Below, one piece after another: positions 1 through 7,590 of a DNA stretch of 20,257 nt; position 1 is the stretch's first letter, and each line of letters begins with the position of its first letter. Position numbers and translations under genes: made by a program. The stretch lies in the NCBI GenBank assembly GCA_031416075.1, contig JANOSY010000084.1, forward strand, positions 1-20,257, read 5' to 3'. The DNA is from Candidatus Tenderia sp. (GTDB lineage Bacteria > Pseudomonadota > Gammaproteobacteria > Tenderiales > Tenderiaceae). A model generated the notes under the pieces. The model was not told the origin of the DNA. It saw nothing but the letters and a program-made list of their open reading frames with translations, and ran no database searches.

Positions 1-128
1 ACCGTTGAAATTCCTGGTCTTCCCGGCAAATCGTCTCGCTATTGATATCGCACTCTTCCCCTTGAATCAGGCTGACCGTAGCGCTCGGTCAAACCTAGTG
101 AGTCCCCCGGCTAAGCCGGGGGATTACC
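1..128 (-). mobile_element. tnpA: IS200/IS605-family remnant: left-end hairpin fused to an internal tnpA (Y1 HUH transposase) fragment; runs off the window start
   Basis: Minus strand 66..1 translates FKGKSAISIARRFAGKTRNFNG, matching the KGKSA.. segment of IS200 TnpA. A perfect hairpin TCCCCCGGC-TAA-GCCGGGGGA lies at 103-123, typical of subterminal hairpins in this family. The N-terminal HUH half is missing, and TGA at 69-67 precedes the fragment. Confidence 0.8.
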
Positions 129-194
129 TTATTTATTTAGGGCTTCCTTGATAGGCAGATTGTTTTTAACAACCACATTCGAAAGGAGATCGAT

Positions 195-1058
195 ATGAAA
201 AAAATTACTGGAGTGTTATCGGGCTGTTTGATGTTTTTTACCGCAGCTGTAGCCGCAGCGGGTGCCGGTACCATAGAGATGGCATCCGGATTGGCGGGGC
301 CTAACTTGAAAAATCTGGCAGCGGAGCGCAGTACACGTTACGCATTGATGGTGAGTTATCCCTTGGGTCTTACCGCCCAGCCGACAATTCTTGACATGAC
401 CACGGGCAAAACAGGCCAGAAGTGTGGCGTGGATAAAAAGTGTAAATCTCCTTTCGATTTTAGGACCAAGGGTGAGCAGCAACGGTTGAATGATGAGCTG
501 CAACAAGCCGCCAACGACTATGTTGCGGATGTTTATCCTGCAGCAACAGCGGTAGCGGATGTTGAGTTACCAAAGATCTATTTTGGTGATCTTTATAGTG
601 TGGTTTTATGGCGGTTAAACAATGAGCAGTGCCTGACGGTCTATTCCCTGACGTTAGATCATGAGTGGGAGAGCTGTGAAAAGATCGCCCCCAAGAGCGT
701 TGTTTTGCGCAGTGATCCTGCTGTTAACATCGAAACAGCCATTACCGAAACAGATGCCAAACATATCCTGCTCCTCAACCAGGGATTGGTGGGAAATACG
801 GCGTTTGTGGATGTGAAAGGTAACCGCCTGGTGGCGCCGTGTGGCGAAGTGAAGTGCAAGTCTTCCCGTAAACCTGTGGCTCTGCAGGAGACCAAATCAC
901 GTCGAGGCAACAGGAGTGATTCGGTCCAGGTATTGGCTGAGGATACTTATACTTCGCTGATTTCGAAGGGCAGTGTTTGTACTACTATAATTCCTCGTTC
1001 GTCCGGTGAGGAATACGAAGTATGCAGCCCACCTGCTCCAAAATTCTGGAGGCCGTAA
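195..1058 (+). CDS. Secreted hypothetical protein (287 aa) with two Cys-patterned repeat modules
   Basis: RBS AAAGGAG before the ATG. Sec-type signal peptide (MKK, hydrophobic stretch, AVAA). Eight Cys in the mature part. Paralogous pseudogene copies downstream support it being a real gene. Confidence 0.85.
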   Translation: MKKITGVLSGCLMFFTAAVAAAGAGTIEMASGLAGPNLKNLAAERSTRYALMVSYPLGLTAQPTILDMTTGKTGQKCGVDKKCKSPFDFRTKGEQQRLNDELQQAANDYVADVYPAATAVADVELPKIYFGDLYSVVLWRLNNEQCLTVYSLTLDHEWESCEKIAPKSVVLRSDPAVNIETAITETDAKHILLLNQGLVGNTAFVDVKGNRLVAPCGEVKCKSSRKPVALQETKSRRGNRSDSVQVLAEDTYTSLISKGSVCTTIIPRSSGEEYEVCSPPAPKFWRP

Positions 1059-1137
1059 CTGTTGGCAACCTGATTAATCAGGGTCTCTTTAATCTAAAGC
1101 TGGAGTTTTTAACAAATACATTCGAAAGGAGATCAAC

Positions 1138-1262
1138 ATGAAAACAATTACTGGGGTGTTATCTGGCTGTTTGATGTAGCTGTAGCCGCAGTGGGTGCCG
1201 GTACCATAAGGATGGCATCTGGGGTGGCGGGGCTTAACTTAAAAAGTCTGGCAAGGCCGTAA
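1138..1262 (+). pseudogene. Collapsed copy 2 of the 195..1058 gene
   Basis: Same leader (ACATTCGAAAGGAGATC). Translates MKTITGVLSGCLM*, where a 10-nt deletion creates TAG at 1177-1179. Homology continues to ..NLKSLA, then jumps to the last codons of the intact gene (AGGCCGTAA). Confidence 0.9.
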
Positions 1263-1282
1263 GGTGTAGTGAGTAGTACTCT

Positions 1283-1318
1283 AAAAAGGGCTTTGTCGTT
1301 ATCGATAGAGCCTTTTTT
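1283..1318 (+). terminator. Intrinsic terminator, possibly bidirectional
   Basis: AAAAAG-GGCTTTGTCG-TTAT-CGATAGAGCC-TTTTTT: a stem with two G-U pairs, flanked by A and T tracts. Confidence 0.7.
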
Positions 1319-1344
1319 GTTTAACGATTAACAAGGAGAACGAT

Positions 1345-1631
1345 ATGAAAAGGATAGTGGGTCTGTTATCTGGAGCGGCACTGGTTTTTACCGGTGCAGT
1401 GTCGGCAGCGAGTATCAGTACCATTGACATGGCACCGGGTCTGGCAGGGGCCAACCTGAAAAATCTGGCCACGGAGCGTAATACCCGTTACGCATTGTGA
1501 TCAGTTATCCGGTGGGGCTGACGGCGCAGCCGACAATTTTAGATACTGCCACCGGCAAAACCGGCCAGAAGTGTGGGGTGGATAAACAGTGCCGCTCCCC
1601 CTTTAACTTCAGGCGCGGATTCAATTCGTAA
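1345..1631 (+). pseudogene. Frameshifted, truncated copy 3 of the 195..1058 gene
   Basis: RBS AAGGAG. Translates MKRIVGLLSGAALVFTGAVSAASISTIDMAPGLAGANLKNLATERNTRYAL* (a 1-nt deletion gives TGA at 1498-1500). The shifted frame continues ISYPVGLTAQPTILDTATGKTGQKCGVDKQCRSPFNFR. Homology is lost after about 1613. Confidence 0.9.
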
Positions 1632-1717
1632 GTGCAACTCACAGGTCAAGATGGAAAGGCAAGCTGCGGCATTATCGTAGCTCCCTCCACCGACAAAAGT
1701 ATGGCTTTAAAAACAGA

Positions 1718-1740
1718 CAAGGGAGCCATTGGCTCCCTTG
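1718..1740 (-). terminator. Intrinsic terminator of the 1771..2055 gene
   Basis: Perfect inverted repeat CAAGGGAGCCA-T-TGGCTCCCTTG, followed on the minus strand by TCTGTTTTT. Confidence 0.75.
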
Positions 1741-1770
1741 CAAATAACGGCCATCAATTAAATGGGGTTA

Positions 1771-2055
1771 TTACTCTTTGGTCCACTCCTGCAGCGCGCT
1801 GATGATGTCGCGGGCTTGGTCGGCGCTGGAGATGTTGAATTTTGATTTTTGCATGTATTCGCCGTTGCGTTTTTGGTAGCGGCGAATGGTGTAGCGGTCT
1901 TTGCTGAACTCCTCTTTTTTGGGGTCCCACTCTTGGTAGCGGTAGACGAGGGTTGCCCATGCGCCTTTGGTGAGTACCTTTTTATCCAGTTCTTTGACTA
2001 GTTCCTGACCATCTTCTTCATATTCGATGGTGAGTTCTTCGACTGTTGCTGCCAT
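1771..2055 (-). CDS. Small hypothetical protein (94 aa), possibly with a PC4/YdbC-like nucleic-acid-binding fold
   Basis: ATG at 2055 (MAATVEELTIEY..) is preferred over the 2154 start. Protein-like charged composition and a downstream terminator. The motif YTIRRYQK-NGEY-KSKFNIS followed by a C-terminal helix suggests the fold (inference). Confidence 0.75.
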   Translation of the reverse strand: MAATVEELTIEYEEDGQELVKELDKKVLTKGAWATLVYRYQEWDPKKEEFSKDRYTIRRYQKRNGEYMQKSKFNISSADQARDIISALQEWTKE

Positions 2056-2192
2056 GTAAAGTGTCTCTATTGGTTGTTTACGACGGCCTATGATGGCTAA
2101 GTGCTGGCTATGAAGCAAGGGGCGTGATAGGTATGGACGGCTAATCTGTTGCAATTTATGATGAATTAACCAGTGATAGGGATGTGAGAGCT

Positions 2193-3104
2193 ATGTTTTT
2201 ACCCAGTATGCGTCAATTGCAATATCTGTTGGCGGTGGTGGAGTTGCGCCATTTTGGGAAGGCGGCGGAGCGCTGTTTTGTTACGCAATCGACATTGAGC
2301 GTGGGGATTCAGGAGCTGGAGTCGCAGCTGGGCAGCCAGTTGCTGGAGCGTACTAAACGTAAGGTGTCGCCGACGCCGTTGGGGTTGGAGCTGGCGGAGC
2401 GGGCGCGGCAGATTTTGACCATTGCTGGAGTGATGGCGGAGATGGCGCAGAGTGATGGTGTGCCGTTGAGCGGCCCGTTGCGGTTGGGGGTGATTCCGAC
2501 GATTGGCCCTTTTTTGCTGCCTCGGGTTTTGCCGGGGATTCGTAAAAACTATCCGTCGCTGGAGCTGTTTTTGATTGAGGATCAGACGGCGCGTCTGATT
2601 GAGCGGCTGGATAGTGGTGAGATTGATTGTGCCATTTTGGCGCTGCCGTATGCGTTGGGGCGACTTGAACATCAAACGTTTTGGCGGGAGAGTTTTTGGG
2701 TGGCGCTGCCTAAGGGGCATCCGTTGAGCAAGGGCGGGGCTATTCCTGCGGTGGAGTTGCCTGCTGATCAGCTGTTGTTGCTGGAGGAGGGGCACTGTTT
2801 TCGTGACCATGCGCTGTCGGCGTGCCACCGTACCGGTTTGCAGAAGCGGGCGGCCTTTCAGGGCACTAGCCTGTATACGATGGTTGAGATGGTGGCGGGT
2901 GGCCAGGGGATTACCTTTTTGCCGGAGATGGCGATTAATTCGGCGCTTGTGACGCAGAGCGATATTAGTGTGCGGCCGTTGGCGGAGGCGGGGCCGCATC
3001 GGGATATTGGTCTGGTGTGGCGTTCTACCTATCACCGTAAGAAGGATATGGCGCTGTTGGCGGGGTGTATGGAGACGTTGTTGAAGGGTGGACCTGTTGC
3101 TTGA
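2193..3104 (+). CDS. oxyR: LysR-family hydrogen peroxide sensor OxyR
   Basis: N-terminal LysR HTH (RQLQYLLAVVELRHFGKAAERCFVTQSTLS), LGVIPTIGPFLLP, and the redox Cys pair LLLEEGHCFRDHALSAC (C-x8-C). ATG 2193 is preferred; GTG 2184 is an alternative. Confidence 0.88.
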   Translation: MFLPSMRQLQYLLAVVELRHFGKAAERCFVTQSTLSVGIQELESQLGSQLLERTKRKVSPTPLGLELAERARQILTIAGVMAEMAQSDGVPLSGPLRLGVIPTIGPFLLPRVLPGIRKNYPSLELFLIEDQTARLIERLDSGEIDCAILALPYALGRLEHQTFWRESFWVALPKGHPLSKGGAIPAVELPADQLLLLEEGHCFRDHALSACHRTGLQKRAAFQGTSLYTMVEMVAGGQGITFLPEMAINSALVTQSDISVRPLAEAGPHRDIGLVWRSTYHRKKDMALLAGCMETLLKGGPVA

Positions 3105-3139
3105 AACTGTTTTGTTGGTTGGCTGAGGGTGGTTGATGT

Positions 3140-4012
3140 ATGTCAGATAAGAAAACGGTCTCTCTGGTGTTGGGCAGTGGCGGTGCCCGTGGGCTTGCCC
3201 ACATTGGTGTGATCCGCTGGCTTGAGGAGCATCATTACGAGATTAAGTCGATCTCTGGCTGTTCCATCGGCGCGCTGGTGGGGGGGATTTATGCCATTGG
3301 CCAGCTGGATGAGTTTGAGCGCTGGGTGCGGGTGGTGAACCGGCGCGATATTCTGGCGCTGCTTGATCCTGCCCTTGGCCGTGGTGGTTTGATTAAGGGG
3401 GATAAAATCATCAATACCCTTAAGGGGTTGGTGGGTGATGCGATGATTGAGAGTCTGCCGATCAACTTTACGGCGGTGGCTACTAATATTAATAGTGGTA
3501 AGGAGGTTTGGATCAGGAGGGGGGCGATGTTTGATGCCATTCGTGCCTCGATCTCTCTGCCGCTGCTGTTTACGGCGTTTAACTACGGGGGGCAGACGCT
3601 GATTGATGGTGGTGTGGTCAATCCGGTGCCTACGGGGCCAACGTTTGGTGATGGGACCGATCTGACGATTGCGGTTAATCTGTGCGCGTCATCTGGTAAT
3701 GGTTTGGCGACACCTGTGCCGTTGGCGGCGAAAGATGAGCACGCCTCTTCACTACGCGATACCATCAACCGCTTTGTTGACAGGATCAGCCCTGCGTCGG
3801 TTGACAAGGGTGATCGTGGTCTGGATATGTACGATATTGCCTACCAATCTTTTGATGCGATGCAGGGTACTATTGCTCGTCAAAAGTTGGCGGCTTACCC
3901 GCCTGATGTTGTGATTGAGATTGCCCGCAATTGCTGCCGTACGCTCGACTTTGATCGCGCCAGTGAGTTGATTGCGCTGGGTTACCACAAAATGGAAGAG
4001 AAGATGGGATGA
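3140..4012 (+). CDS. Patatin-like phospholipase (RssA/NTE-like)
   Basis: GSGGARG oxyanion motif, GCSIG nucleophile motif and DGG catalytic Asp. Confidence 0.93.
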   Translation: MSDKKTVSLVLGSGGARGLAHIGVIRWLEEHHYEIKSISGCSIGALVGGIYAIGQLDEFERWVRVVNRRDILALLDPALGRGGLIKGDKIINTLKGLVGDAMIESLPINFTAVATNINSGKEVWIRRGAMFDAIRASISLPLLFTAFNYGGQTLIDGGVVNPVPTGPTFGDGTDLTIAVNLCASSGNGLATPVPLAAKDEHASSLRDTINRFVDRISPASVDKGDRGLDMYDIAYQSFDAMQGTIARQKLAAYPPDVVIEIARNCCRTLDFDRASELIALGYHKMEEKMG

Positions 4013-5049
4013 GTGGTGTGATGGTTGGCCATAGTGAAGAGGCGCGGTTGCGGCTGCGTTGTGAGATTGCCTCGTATATTCTTGCAGGGTTGGCGCTGCT
4101 GGCAATATTGATGGCGCATCTGGTTCCGGCACTGCTGGCGGGACTGTTAATTTACCAGTTGGTCCACGCCCTGGCCCCGCACATTCAGTTGCAGCAGTTG
4201 CGTGGCAAGCGGGCGCGTTTGATTGTGGTGGCGCTGTTGGCCACTCTGGTGACGGCCACGGTGTTTGGCATCATTATGGCGCTGGTGCTCTTTTTTAGCA
4301 CGGGTGAAGAGACGTTGACGACGTTGCTGCGAAAGATGGCGGAGATACTGGAGACCTCGCGGGCCGCACTGCCGGCCGCCATGGTTCAGTACCTGCCTGA
4401 TAACGTGAATGATATGCAGCGGCAGCTGGTTGTCTGGTTGCGGGAAAACGCCAATGAGTTAAAAGGGGTGGGTAAAGATGCGGGCATTACCACGGTTCAT
4501 ATCCTGCTGGGCATTATTATTGGTGCCATGGTATCGCTGCGTGAGGCGAGCAATCAGGATGTCCTCAGGCCATTGGCACGGGCGCTGGAGGCGCGTGTTG
4601 GCAAGTTAGGTGATGCGTTTACCAATGTGGTGTTTGCACAGGTGAAGATCGCCACGATCAACGCAATTGCTACGGGTATCTACTTGGCGGTGATTTTGCC
4701 ACTGTTTGGGGTTGATCTGCCGCTGGTCAAGACGATGATTATGCTGACGTTTGTATTTGGGTTGCTGCCGGTAGTGGGTAACTTGATGTCTAACACGGTG
4801 ATTGTGGTGGTGAGTCTGAGCCACTCTGTCTCTATCGCCGGTGTATCGCTGCTCTATCTGGTGGTGATCCATAAGATCGAGTATTTTTTGAACGCCAAAA
4901 TTATTGGTACCCAGATCCGTGCGCGCCCATGGGAAATCTTAATCGCCATGCTGGTGATGGAGGCGCTGTTTGGTATGTCGGGTGTGGTGGCGGCGGCCAT
5001 CTACTACGCTTATCTTAAAGATGAGCTTGTAGCTAAGGGGTTGTTGTAG
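4009..5049 (+). CDS. AI-2E family transporter / permease
   Basis: Multiple transmembrane segments, with LLPVVGN and EYFLNAKIIGTQI..PWEIL motifs. ATGA overlap with the patatin stop codon. Confidence 0.85.
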   Translation: MSGVMVGHSEEARLRLRCEIASYILAGLALLAILMAHLVPALLAGLLIYQLVHALAPHIQLQQLRGKRARLIVVALLATLVTATVFGIIMALVLFFSTGEETLTTLLRKMAEILETSRAALPAAMVQYLPDNVNDMQRQLVVWLRENANELKGVGKDAGITTVHILLGIIIGAMVSLREASNQDVLRPLARALEARVGKLGDAFTNVVFAQVKIATINAIATGIYLAVILPLFGVDLPLVKTMIMLTFVFGLLPVVGNLMSNTVIVVVSLSHSVSIAGVSLLYLVVIHKIEYFLNAKIIGTQIRARPWEILIAMLVMEALFGMSGVVAAAIYYAYLKDELVAKGLL

Positions 5050-5056
5050 GGAGAGT

Positions 5057-5082
5057 GCCCCTCTCCTGAACAGGAGAGGGGC
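5057..5082. terminator. Strong hairpin between convergent genes
   Basis: Perfect inverted repeat GCCCCTCTCCTG-AA-CAGGAGAGGGGC. There is no U-tract, so a terminator role is uncertain. Confidence 0.55.
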
Positions 5083-5089
5083 GGTGTGG

Positions 5090-5956
5090 TTAGCCCTGGC
5101 TCCAGCTACCGGTCATCTCTGCTGCAAAGGCGGCAAATGTGCGCGGTGCGTGGCCGATGATGGCTTTTTGTTTTTCAAGTGTCTCTTCGCTGGCGATCAG
5201 GCCGTGACTCTGGAAGTAGGCGTACATTACTTTGAAGTCACTGACCATCCATTGCGGCATCATGTGTTGTGACTGTTTGGCCCATGCCTCCAGATCATCC
5301 CCTCCATACTGAATTGTTTTGCCAAGCTGGGCGCTGAAGATCTCGGCGATCTGGTTGGCGGTGAGTACATCTGGGCCGTTGAGGAGAAACTCCTGATTTT
5401 CAAAGCCGTCGTTAAGCAGGGCATTGATGGCGGCGTCAGCAACATCCCGTGAATCAACGCGGCTTAGGCCAACATTGCCGATGGGCTGCGGATAGGTGCC
5501 ATAGGCCATGATGGCCGCCTTGCCCCAAAAGTCATTCTGGTAGAAGTTGTTGGGGCGCAGGATGCTATAGGTGATACCACTCTCTTTGAGTGCCTTTTCG
5601 ATAAAAATCTTGTTGCGGTAGTGTGGGATCTGTTCTGCACCCGTTGGCAATGGCACGGACAGATGGACGATACGTTTAACTCCAGCCGCTTTGGCGGCGG
5701 CAACGGCGTTGCGTCCGGCCTGAATCTCATTCTGGCTCAGGGGGGTCATCAGGAAGAGCTGTTCAACGTCTTTAAATGCGTTGATCAGGCTGCCGGGGGC
5801 GGTCAGGTCTGCCACTACCCCTTCGGCACCGGCGGGCAGCTTTTCCAGATTAGAGGGGTAACGTGTCATGCCACGTACAGGCAGGCCTTTAGCGGCCAGC
5901 CCTGCCAATACGGCACTGCCTACGCCACCGGTTGCTCCGATTACTAAAATGGTCAT
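5090..5956 (-). CDS. NmrA-like / atypical SDR NAD(P)-binding oxidoreductase
   Basis: ILVIGATGGVG Rossmann motif, AGVKRIVHLS, ILRPNNFYQN and VDSRDVA. RBS AGGAG upstream. Confidence 0.9.
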   Translation of the reverse strand: MTILVIGATGGVGSAVLAGLAAKGLPVRGMTRYPSNLEKLPAGAEGVVADLTAPGSLINAFKDVEQLFLMTPLSQNEIQAGRNAVAAAKAAGVKRIVHLSVPLPTGAEQIPHYRNKIFIEKALKESGITYSILRPNNFYQNDFWGKAAIMAYGTYPQPIGNVGLSRVDSRDVADAAINALLNDGFENQEFLLNGPDVLTANQIAEIFSAQLGKTIQYGGDDLEAWAKQSQHMMPQWMVSDFKVMYAYFQSHGLIASEETLEKQKAIIGHAPRTFAAFAAEMTGSWSQG

Positions 5957-6229
5957 TTGCTACTCCTGGTTAAACATGGGCACTTTAATTTTGTTGTTTA
6001 TATAGCCTTTCACTGGCAGGCGATTTATGAAATATCGCAGCCATTGTAAAACCATAAGGGTGAGATTGCATAGTGTTGTGATGTTGGCCATTGCTATTGG
6101 GCGTGAGGTGGTGAAGGGGTTGGGGGTGTAAGCCACCGGGTTAAAGTGTTCAGTCTGGTTTCCGCTAAAGGGTAGCAATGGTTGGGAACTCTTCCCATCG
6201 GCGGTTTGAATATTTGACGGGTGTAACAA

Positions 6230-6676
6230 ATGGGTAAAACAGGATCGCCATTTAGACCGTTGCCGGTTAAGGCGGCGGTTTGGGTGCTGTTAGGCACGGT
6301 AGTATTGTCGGGGTGTGAATCATCGTTTCAGCCTCACGATGCTCGGGTAAAGATGGCGATGGCTAAAATTGATTATGCTGACGGTATCTCTGAGCAGGAG
6401 GCAGGTTCTATTGCTGATGCCTATCTACTGCTTCATGGTCGGTATAAAGACCGTGGCATGTTTGCCCGTATTGCAGATGGGGGTGAGGTCTGGACAGGCA
6501 AGGTCTACGCCTCTAAATCGTTGGCCAGCCCGGTGGATGCGGATCTGCCTCTGATTATGGTGGATAAAAAGTTGGGCAAGATTACATGGTCGTTTGGCCC
6601 GACGCTGGAGAGGATCGATCTTGAGGCGCTGGATAAGGCGGAACCCTCATTAGCACCCTACAAAGCCGAGGAGTAG
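6230..6676 (+). CDS. Hypothetical lipoprotein
   Basis: Basic N-region, hydrophobic stretch AAVWVLLGTVV, then lipobox LSGC. Confidence 0.7.
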   Translation: MGKTGSPFRPLPVKAAVWVLLGTVVLSGCESSFQPHDARVKMAMAKIDYADGISEQEAGSIADAYLLLHGRYKDRGMFARIADGGEVWTGKVYASKSLASPVDADLPLIMVDKKLGKITWSFGPTLERIDLEALDKAEPSLAPYKAEE

Positions 6677-6692
6677 GCTGGGTGCCTTGGTA

Positions 6693-7010
6693 CTAGATTC
6701 GATGTGGATCGAGCTGCACATTGACCACTTGCTTTCCTAGTACCTCAACATTGCCACGATAGCGGATATCCCCCGTGGTGGAAAATTCAAAACTGAAGTT
6801 GCGCCACCCACGCATGATGCCGTGACGGTCACGTTTGAGCCTAGCCCGGCGCAGGACGATGCTCTCATCCAGTAGTTGCACCCCCATTTCGTCACAGTGG
6901 CGTTGGGCGGCACGTAATGCCAGCGGTTTGACCCCCAGAGTATTCCACCAGAAGCCAAGGGCCGCCGCCAAGAGGCCGAGCAGCAATATATTAAGCAGGC
7001 TGGGTTGCAT
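6693..7010 (-). CDS. DUF3301 domain membrane protein
   Basis: N-terminal TM ending in FWW, C..GVQLLDESI and FSFEFSTTGDIRYRG, as recalled for this family. Confidence 0.8.
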   Translation of the reverse strand: MQPSLLNILLLGLLAAALGFWWNTLGVKPLALRAAQRHCDEMGVQLLDESIVLRRARLKRDRHGIMRGWRNFSFEFSTTGDIRYRGNVEVLGKQVVNVQLDPHRI

Positions 7011-7384
7011 TAAAACTGGCCAGTGCTTAACAGCACCAGTGTGCAGGCGTGTTCGTATTTGATGCCAGCCTGGCGCAGCTGTTCTTCCAGCGCCTGGTTG
7101 TCGGTATCGGGGTTGAAGATAACCCGCTTGGGGTGGAGTTTGATAATAGCGTCAGCCGCAGCGCTGGAGAGATCGGCTGCGACGTAGAGTGTGAGGGTAT
7201 CAACAGCCCCTTGAATCTCACTCAGCGCATGTATCACGGTTAATCCTTCAACGGTGTCCAGTGTTGGGTGTACCGGCACTACCTCGTGGCCATGTTGCAG
7301 CAACATCTTTATCGCTTTGTTGGAGTAACGTCCCGGCTTTTGGCTGGCACCGAGCACCACAACACGCTCTTTTTTACTCTCCAT
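7010..7384 (-). CDS. CoA-binding protein (YccU-like)
   Basis: VVVLGASQKPGRYS, VPVHP, VDTLTLYV, RVIFNP and ACTLVLLSTGQF. TAATG overlap with the next gene. Confidence 0.9.
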   Translation of the reverse strand: MESKKERVVVLGASQKPGRYSNKAIKMLLQHGHEVVPVHPTLDTVEGLTVIHALSEIQGAVDTLTLYVAADLSSAAADAIIKLHPKRVIFNPDTDNQALEEQLRQAGIKYEHACTLVLLSTGQF

Positions 7385-7590
7385 CTGGATTACCTTCGGT
7401 TGGTTAAAGGGGATTTTGTCTGTTAGTGATGGGGCCTTTATCTCGTTATTAAACCAGATTGCTGTTTGGGGTGGGATAACATTTCTTGTGATAAGGGGAA
7501 TGTCGGTGATGGGGCGGCGCTTTGTGGGGGGTGTGGTGGGGTGTTATTATCGGCCCCCAATCATAGTGATGGTGCCCATGGGGGTCTGTT

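Noticed and set aside
195-260. Lipobox LSGC in the 287-aa protein
   Set aside because: The Cys comes before the main hydrophobic region, and copy 3 has LSGA. A standard signal peptide is more likely.
1069-1082. Perfect 14-bp palindrome CCTGATTAATCAGG after the intact gene
   Set aside because: It could be a weak terminator or an operator, but it occurs once and has no supporting context.
2056-2192. OxyR operator
   Set aside because: ATAG and CTAT tetramers are present, but not at the ATAG-N7-CTAT spacing.
2199-3035. 278-aa antisense ORF
   Set aside because: It is a shadow of oxyR. The R/Q/H/P-rich composition reflects codon bias on the opposite strand.
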